Assembly: GCA_048938385.1 (NCBI GenBank)
Contig: JBHLMG010000001.1
Coordinates: 32,001 to 96,000, forward strand
From: Promethearchaeota archaeon
Lineage (GTDB): Archaea; Asgardarchaeota; Hermodarchaeia; Hermodarchaeales; Hermodarchaeaceae
DNA: 64,000 bases
Reading direction: 5' to 3'
Shown: positions 59,380-64,000 of the stretch, piece by piece
Layout: the number at the start of each line of letters is the position of its first letter
Numbering within the stretch: the first letter of the stretch is position 1
Notes under the pieces: generated by a model
Database searches by the model: none
The model's input: only the letters and a program-made list of their open reading frames with translations
What the model was told of the DNA's origin: nothing
Made by a program: the position numbers and the translations under genes

Positions 59380-59658
59380 TCAGTTCTGTAAAGACTCCAA
59401 AACTAGTTCGGGCTTCATTCCTTCAATTAACAAGATCTTATTCTTTGACTTCGCACCCGCCATAATATGTACGCGTTGAGAGGAGACCCTAAGCTTCTTA
59501 GCTACAAGCCGAATTACTTCTTGGTTCGCCTGTCCCCTTGTGGGTGGAGCCTTTACAAATACTTGGCAGGAACCCTCTCGTACATGGATAGTAGCCGTCT
59601 TAGAACGCGCATGGATTTGAACATGCAATAAGGTTCCCTTATCATGAGATTCAATCAT
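59380..59658 (-). CDS. DUF167/YggU family protein (start ATG 59658)
   Basis: V.APP..G.AN.E...L.AK.L.V....V.I..G.KS..K. Confidence 0.85.
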   Translation of the reverse strand: MIESHDKGTLLHVQIHARSKTATIHVREGSCQVFVKAPPTRGQANQEVIRLVAKKLRVSSQRVHIMAGAKSKNKILLIEGMKPELVLESLQN

Positions 59659-59745
59659 AATGGGTCTGCCAGAACCTTTTAGTAAGGATATCAAAAAGGT
59701 GTTATTATACTCATTTGCACATCGAGGAAGAGGTGTAGGCACATA

Positions 59746-60117
59746 ATGTCCGAAAATATCCAAGCCTGGGTAAACTACATGCAACAGGTGGACAGCACTA
59801 TCATGGCCGTTTCTGTCATACGAAATGATGGAACAGTAGTGTTTACCACGCCAAACTGGACGGTCGCAGGTGCAGAGATTCTCTCAGCAGTTCAAAATAA
59901 ACCACCGAGCATCACAATTCAAGGAGTGAAATATAGTACAATACAAGCCACAGATCATCATCTCGTCGCTACGAATGTTCGTGGTCAGGGTTCTATCGTC
60001 ATCACTGCGGCACGCGATAGGGGATATGTTATTGCCTATGTGTCTCCTCAAGGTGATGTGCAAGGCGCCTATGTCGAAATTGCCAAGGCATCAGCCAATA
60101 TTGGAGGATTCATGTAA
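59746..60117 (+). CDS. Profilin
   Basis: 123 aa; N-terminal W.NY helix, A..I..DG.V, ITIQGVKY...Q, G.G.IV, VIAY, C-terminal helix; SD GAGGTG. Confidence 0.82.
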   Translation: MSENIQAWVNYMQQVDSTIMAVSVIRNDGTVVFTTPNWTVAGAEILSAVQNKPPSITIQGVKYSTIQATDHHLVATNVRGQGSIVITAARDRGYVIAYVSPQGDVQGAYVEIAKASANIGGFM

Positions 60118-60186
60118 CAAAGGTTGCCAAATTGATCATTCAAAGGCTTTTCCCTGTTTAGTCGTCTACAAAGAACTCTTCCAGGA

Positions 60187-60612
60187 GTGTGTACTTCTAT
60201 CACTTCCCCTAGAGGCTCTACAAAACGGTCAAAAGAGTCTGATAATTCGCGAATTGAACAATGGATGCGTGAACTACGACTGAGACGGGATCTTCAAGTC
60301 ACGGGTAAACCCAAACCAACTCAGAGTCGCAACCTTGAACGCCTCAAGCAACTACTGGCTTCCGAGGGCTTCAAGATTAGGGCGAATCGGCTTCAAATTA
60401 AACGACAAGAAGCGACTTTTGAAATCGATCTCAAGATGGGAAATGTAACAGCGTTGCAAGAGGGGAAGGATCCAATAGCGCTATGTGTTACACTTGAAAC
60501 CACTCCTTGGGCTAGTTTAGAGGATTTATCTGATTTTGACCTCTTCCTCCTCTCAATCGTGTATGTCTTAGCACGAGAAGCGCTACCTGCTAGCATCAAA
60601 GAACAACTTTGA
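60187..60612 (+). CDS. Hypothetical protein (C-terminus recalls the domain at the end of DUF4132 proteins)
   Basis: F.IDL..GNV...LCV...LLS....LA......I..QL pattern; start uncertain (possibly ATG 60263). Confidence 0.45.
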   Translation: MCTSITSPRGSTKRSKESDNSRIEQWMRELRLRRDLQVTGKPKPTQSRNLERLKQLLASEGFKIRANRLQIKRQEATFEIDLKMGNVTALQEGKDPIALCVTLETTPWASLEDLSDFDLFLLSIVYVLAREALPASIKEQL

Positions 60613-60728
60613 TGTTTGCTCGTGAAATTCACTATGGGTTCTTGTTTTGAGTGGTGTGACCTAAAATGAGCGGAAACACTTAAAGCCAGAATACATCGAT
60701 TCGTCCCCTGTCCCGTGGAGGGTATTTT

Positions 60729-61733
60729 ATGGCGGTAAAAGTTGCTATAAACGGACTTGGCCGAATTGGACGAAACTTTCTACGTGGAGCGCTGAACGCA
60801 AAGAATTTCGAAATCGTTGCAGCCAACGATTTAGGTGATCCCTCGATTGTAGCATACCTTCTTCGCTACGATTCAATATATGGGGAATTTCCAGGAACAA
60901 TAAAGCCTTCTGAGGGCGCACTAGTTATCGATAATCATACCGTAAGAATGTTCCAGGAACGAGACCCTGCGAAGCTTCCATGGAAGAAATTAGAGATTGA
61001 CATTGTTATTGAAGCCACAGGAATATTTCGGGACCGTGAACAAGCAGCCTTACATCAACAAGCGGGCGCACAAAAGGTAATCATATCCGCACCTGGGCGT
61101 GGTGAAGACGCCATGTTTGTACTGGGTGTGAATGGCGACACCTACGATCCGGACAAACACCACATCATCTCCAATGCCTCATGTACCACCAACTGCTTTG
61201 CACCAGTCATCAAGGTATTAATGGAGAACTTTGGAATCGAATATGGCTACATGTCAACGATCCATGGTTATACTCTTGATCAACGGCTACTTGATGCTAT
61301 TCACAAAGACTACCGGCGTGCTCGAGGCGCTGCTATCAACATCATACCAACTACTACGGGCGCCGCAAAGGCGATTTTCCGCCTTTTCCCTGAGCTTGAA
61401 GGTAAACTTGCTGCCATGTCTTACCGTGTACCTGTTCCTGACGGCTCGGTCATCGATTTCAGTGTCAAGCTCGCAAAATCAACGACAGGGAGCGCGCTCA
61501 ACCAGGCTTTCCAAAAAGCGGCGCAATCCTCTCTTAAAGGAATCCTCCAATACAATGAAGAACCAATCGTATCAACAGATATCATCGGAAACCCCCACTC
61601 ATCCATCTTTGATAGTCAACTTACAGAAGTATTGGGCGATAGATTCGCTCATATAGTTTCATGGTATGACAACGAAGCAGGATTTAGCACTCGGTTAATC
61701 GAGCTCACTCAACTCGTTGCTTCGAGATTATAG
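60729..61733 (+). CDS. gap: Glyceraldehyde-3-phosphate dehydrogenase, class I (bacterial/eukaryotic type)
   Basis: INGLGRIGR, SNASCTTNC, TTTGAAKA, RVP..D.S, WYDNE.G. Confidence 0.95.
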   Translation: MAVKVAINGLGRIGRNFLRGALNAKNFEIVAANDLGDPSIVAYLLRYDSIYGEFPGTIKPSEGALVIDNHTVRMFQERDPAKLPWKKLEIDIVIEATGIFRDREQAALHQQAGAQKVIISAPGRGEDAMFVLGVNGDTYDPDKHHIISNASCTTNCFAPVIKVLMENFGIEYGYMSTIHGYTLDQRLLDAIHKDYRRARGAAINIIPTTTGAAKAIFRLFPELEGKLAAMSYRVPVPDGSVIDFSVKLAKSTTGSALNQAFQKAAQSSLKGILQYNEEPIVSTDIIGNPHSSIFDSQLTEVLGDRFAHIVSWYDNEAGFSTRLIELTQLVASRL

Positions 61734-61749
61734 AATGAAAAAGAGGAAC

Positions 61750-61776
61750 GAGGACTATTAAAAGCAAATAGTCCTC
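61750..61776. terminator. Perfect 10-bp hairpin between convergent genes
   Basis: GAGGACTATT-N7-AATAGTCCTC. Confidence 0.55.
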
Positions 61777-61799
61777 AAAGCTCGTTAATTTACTTACAC

Positions 61800-62186
61800 T
61801 TATTTCATATCAGAATTGGACAGCAGTTGTGTGAGAAGTTGGCCACCGTAAGAAAGTTTTGCTGTAGTCCGTAGTTTACTTGTTTGTTTGGTTTCCAAGA
61901 GGCCTGCATTTTTTAGAACTTGTAGGTTAAATTTTGTTGTACTAAGTGGCATACCCAATTTGCGAGCTAGGCAGTCAGCTAAAGCCGTTGGCGAGAGATG
62001 CGGGTGATGGCGGAGTGTCTGGCGGGCGGTAAAAAGTAAACAAAGTTGTTTCTGGGTTAATCGTGTTTTCGCTAATTTGGCAAAAGCCAAGGCAAGATTG
62101 AGAAGAAGCTCGCTAAAGGATAGCGTCAAACTCGGCTCATCAAAGAAGTAACCTTCGGTGGAGGATTTCGCAGCCAACCCCATCAT
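61800..62186 (-). CDS. Winged-helix (ArsR/MarR-like) DNA-binding protein
   Basis: LTQKQ..LL...SPTALA..LA.KL.MPLSTTKFNLQVLKNAGLL...L...G. Confidence 0.7.
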   Translation of the reverse strand: MMGLAAKSSTEGYFFDEPSLTLSFSELLLNLALAFAKLAKTRLTQKQLCLLFTARQTLRHHPHLSPTALADCLARKLGMPLSTTKFNLQVLKNAGLLETKQTSKLRTTAKLSYGGQLLTQLLSNSDMK

Positions 62187-62617
62187 GATTAGTTGCCATG
62201 CATGTCACCTCCATAGTTATAGCCTAAGGAGCACCTTGACAGTATCACCCCCTCGTATTAACAGTTTTGGTCAATAATAGTTGACTATGCGTTCCATAAT
62301 GGGTGAACAGTGAATCCTTTTATTCAGATTTTATCTGAGTAATCTTAGGTGAACATTCTTTGAAAGAAGTTGAATTCGAATATATTTGCGTCCAAGTAAA
62401 CCATCACAAAGACATCGCCAATGTTATTGCAAAGTATAACAAAGAGGGCTGGAGTCTACATACCTATACAACTGCGGGAGATCCAAACTGGATTAATCAT
62501 TATCTTCTCTTTCAACGGGAAATAATTTGGTAGCTATGTTCACTCACAAACTGTCCTACTCTTCACTATCTGTTTTGTCACAAAACGTTCTTATAACGGT
62601 TAATAGGGTTATGAAGT

Positions 62618-63829
62618 TTGTCAATAGCATTGGGGACAATGAAAATGGTCTACTTAGTAGGAGAAGCCCTCGTGGGTAAGGGTGTCGAATTAGCCCACAT
62701 TGATCTTATTATTGGTGAGAAGTCAGGTCCTGTCGGTACAGCCTTTGCTCAGGGTATGACAAATGTGTCCCATGGTCATTCTCCACTCTTGGCTGTGATA
62801 CGACCCAATTTACCACCTAAACCCCATACGCTCATTATACCCAAGGTAACAGTCAAAGACATGGGTGATGCTGAGAAAATCTTTGGACCCGCTCAAGCTG
62901 CAGTAGCCAAAGCGGTGGCTGATTCTTTAGAGGAGGGGGTTATTCCGAAGGATAAGGTTGACGATTGGGTTATCATTTGCAGTGTTTTCATCCATCCGGA
63001 AGCAAAAGACTATCGCCGTATTTACCACTACAACTATGCAGCAACAAAACTCTCGATTCAACGCGCGCTCTCTAGCTATCCTCCTGTGGATAAGATCATG
63101 TACGACAAAGACCGAGCTACGCATCCTGTCATGGGCTTTCGCGTTCCAAGACTTTGGCGTCCCCCATACCTTCAAATTGCGTTGGATATTCCAAGTCTTG
63201 AAAAAACGAAGAAAATCATCGCGGCGCTCCCACAGAGTGATAACATCGTCTTAGAAGCGGGTACGCCTCTAATCAAGCGCTATGGAACGACCGTCATAGG
63301 TGACCTTCGCGAAGTTGCCCAAGACAAATTCATTGTTGCAGATCTGAAAACTTTGGATGTTGGTAAAGTTGAAGTAGATTTAGCCTTTGACGAATCCGCC
63401 GACGCTGTTGTCGTATCAGGTCTCGCATCTATAGAAACAATTGATCAATTCATCTACGAGACGAATCGACTTGGTATCTATTCGTTTGTTGATATGATGA
63501 ATGTCCCCGATCCGATCGCAAAACTTCAGACTCTAAAAATGCCTCCCAACGTGATAATCATGCATCGGGGTATTGATACAGAAGGTCGCGCAGACCACAA
63601 ATGGGAAATCGTGAAAGAAGTCAAAGCGGCGTTTAAGGGCAAAAGACTGCTCGTATCGGTAGCAGGAGGAATTCGACCAGATAATATCCAAGCTGCTTTG
63701 AAAGCAAAAGCAGACATCATAACAGTTGGTCGATACATCACCCAATCTCATGATGTAGAACGGTCTACAAGAGAATTCCTCACCCAAATGCAAGGCGATA
63801 TCGACCTCTTCCGTGTACACACCGAGTAA
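62618..63829 (+). CDS. fae-hps: Bifunctional formaldehyde-activating enzyme / 3-hexulose-6-phosphate synthase
   Basis: GEALVG.G.E.AHIDL, GH.PLLAV, GPAQAAVA (Fae); LQIALD, EAGTPLIK, ADLKTLD.G, HRGID, VAGGI, VGR (Hps). Confidence 0.95.
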   Translation: MSIALGTMKMVYLVGEALVGKGVELAHIDLIIGEKSGPVGTAFAQGMTNVSHGHSPLLAVIRPNLPPKPHTLIIPKVTVKDMGDAEKIFGPAQAAVAKAVADSLEEGVIPKDKVDDWVIICSVFIHPEAKDYRRIYHYNYAATKLSIQRALSSYPPVDKIMYDKDRATHPVMGFRVPRLWRPPYLQIALDIPSLEKTKKIIAALPQSDNIVLEAGTPLIKRYGTTVIGDLREVAQDKFIVADLKTLDVGKVEVDLAFDESADAVVVSGLASIETIDQFIYETNRLGIYSFVDMMNVPDPIAKLQTLKMPPNVIIMHRGIDTEGRADHKWEIVKEVKAAFKGKRLLVSVAGGIRPDNIQAALKAKADIITVGRYITQSHDVERSTREFLTQMQGDIDLFRVHTE

Positions 63830-63961
63830 GTCAATGTTTTCATACCAGAAAAGTCGCTGATATGGGCAATCCTTCCCCTAATAGAAAAGTTCAAGAGCTT
63901 TTATGAACCAAACAAAAGAGGTTACAACGAATACGCATTCTGTTGGAAGTGAATTCCGAAG

Positions 63962-64000
63962 ATGCCTTCGGGTATCAAACGCTTAGTTCTCGATGTTCTC
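63962..64000 (+). CDS. DUF211 family protein (partial, runs off the right edge)
   Basis: ATG at 63962 gives MPSGIKRLVLDVL, matching the family N-terminus (IRRLVLDVLKP). Confidence 0.6.
   Translation, partial: MPSGIKRLVLDVL

Noticed and set aside
62159-62182. Possible BHB intron (GGGG-TTG...CCTC-CAC) linking the upstream SD/ATG to the wHTH frame
   Set aside because: Excision would remove 17 nt, which does not restore the frame (3n+1 is needed), and the flanking helices are poor.
1-64000. CRISPR arrays, rRNA, IS elements, integrases, inteins (checked RFC, ligase, GTPases)
   Set aside because: No regularly spaced repeats, transposase or integrase motifs, and protein lengths match intein-free homologs. 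Short in-frame introns in other genes cannot be excluded by eye.

Overview
About 64 kb of core chromosome from an archaeon, most likely an Asgard archaeon. The markers are profilin, a ribophorin-I homolog, a diphthamide-less EF-2 paralog, roadblock/MglA proteins, S25e, SmAP3, and FtsZ with CdrS. The window is gene-dense: RFC, TfrAB, fumarase, cdrS-ftsZ, a Tad/type IV pilus locus, TFB, arcTGT, N-glycosylation genes, a MutS-like ATPase, RtcA, NOG1, proteasome beta, Taw1, translin, EndoV, RibK/RibL, ThiL, RpoK, thermosome, DNA ligase, bacterial-type GAPDH and Fae-Hps. I saw no CRISPR array, rRNA or transposase. The standout observation is in the EF-2 paralog, which the ORF track splits into 8390..8635 and 6532..8343. 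A 31-nt insert (8400..8430, minus strand) folds into a bulge-helix-bulge (BHB) motif. Cutting at the canonical endonuclease positions restores the invariant switch-I motif RRG-ITIKS and a 690-aa ORF. This is a candidate pre-mRNA intron spliced by the tRNA-splicing machinery. All five tRNA genes in the window carry BHB/BHL introns (8 in total, 5 at non-canonical positions, 3 in tRNA-Gln), which supports a broad-specificity splicing endonuclease. Other leads are a roadblock + DENN-like + MglA GTPase operon, a DDRGK1-like membrane winged-helix protein, and a proteasome beta subunit lacking Thr1. All calls come from reading the sequence and recalled family motifs; no searches were run.
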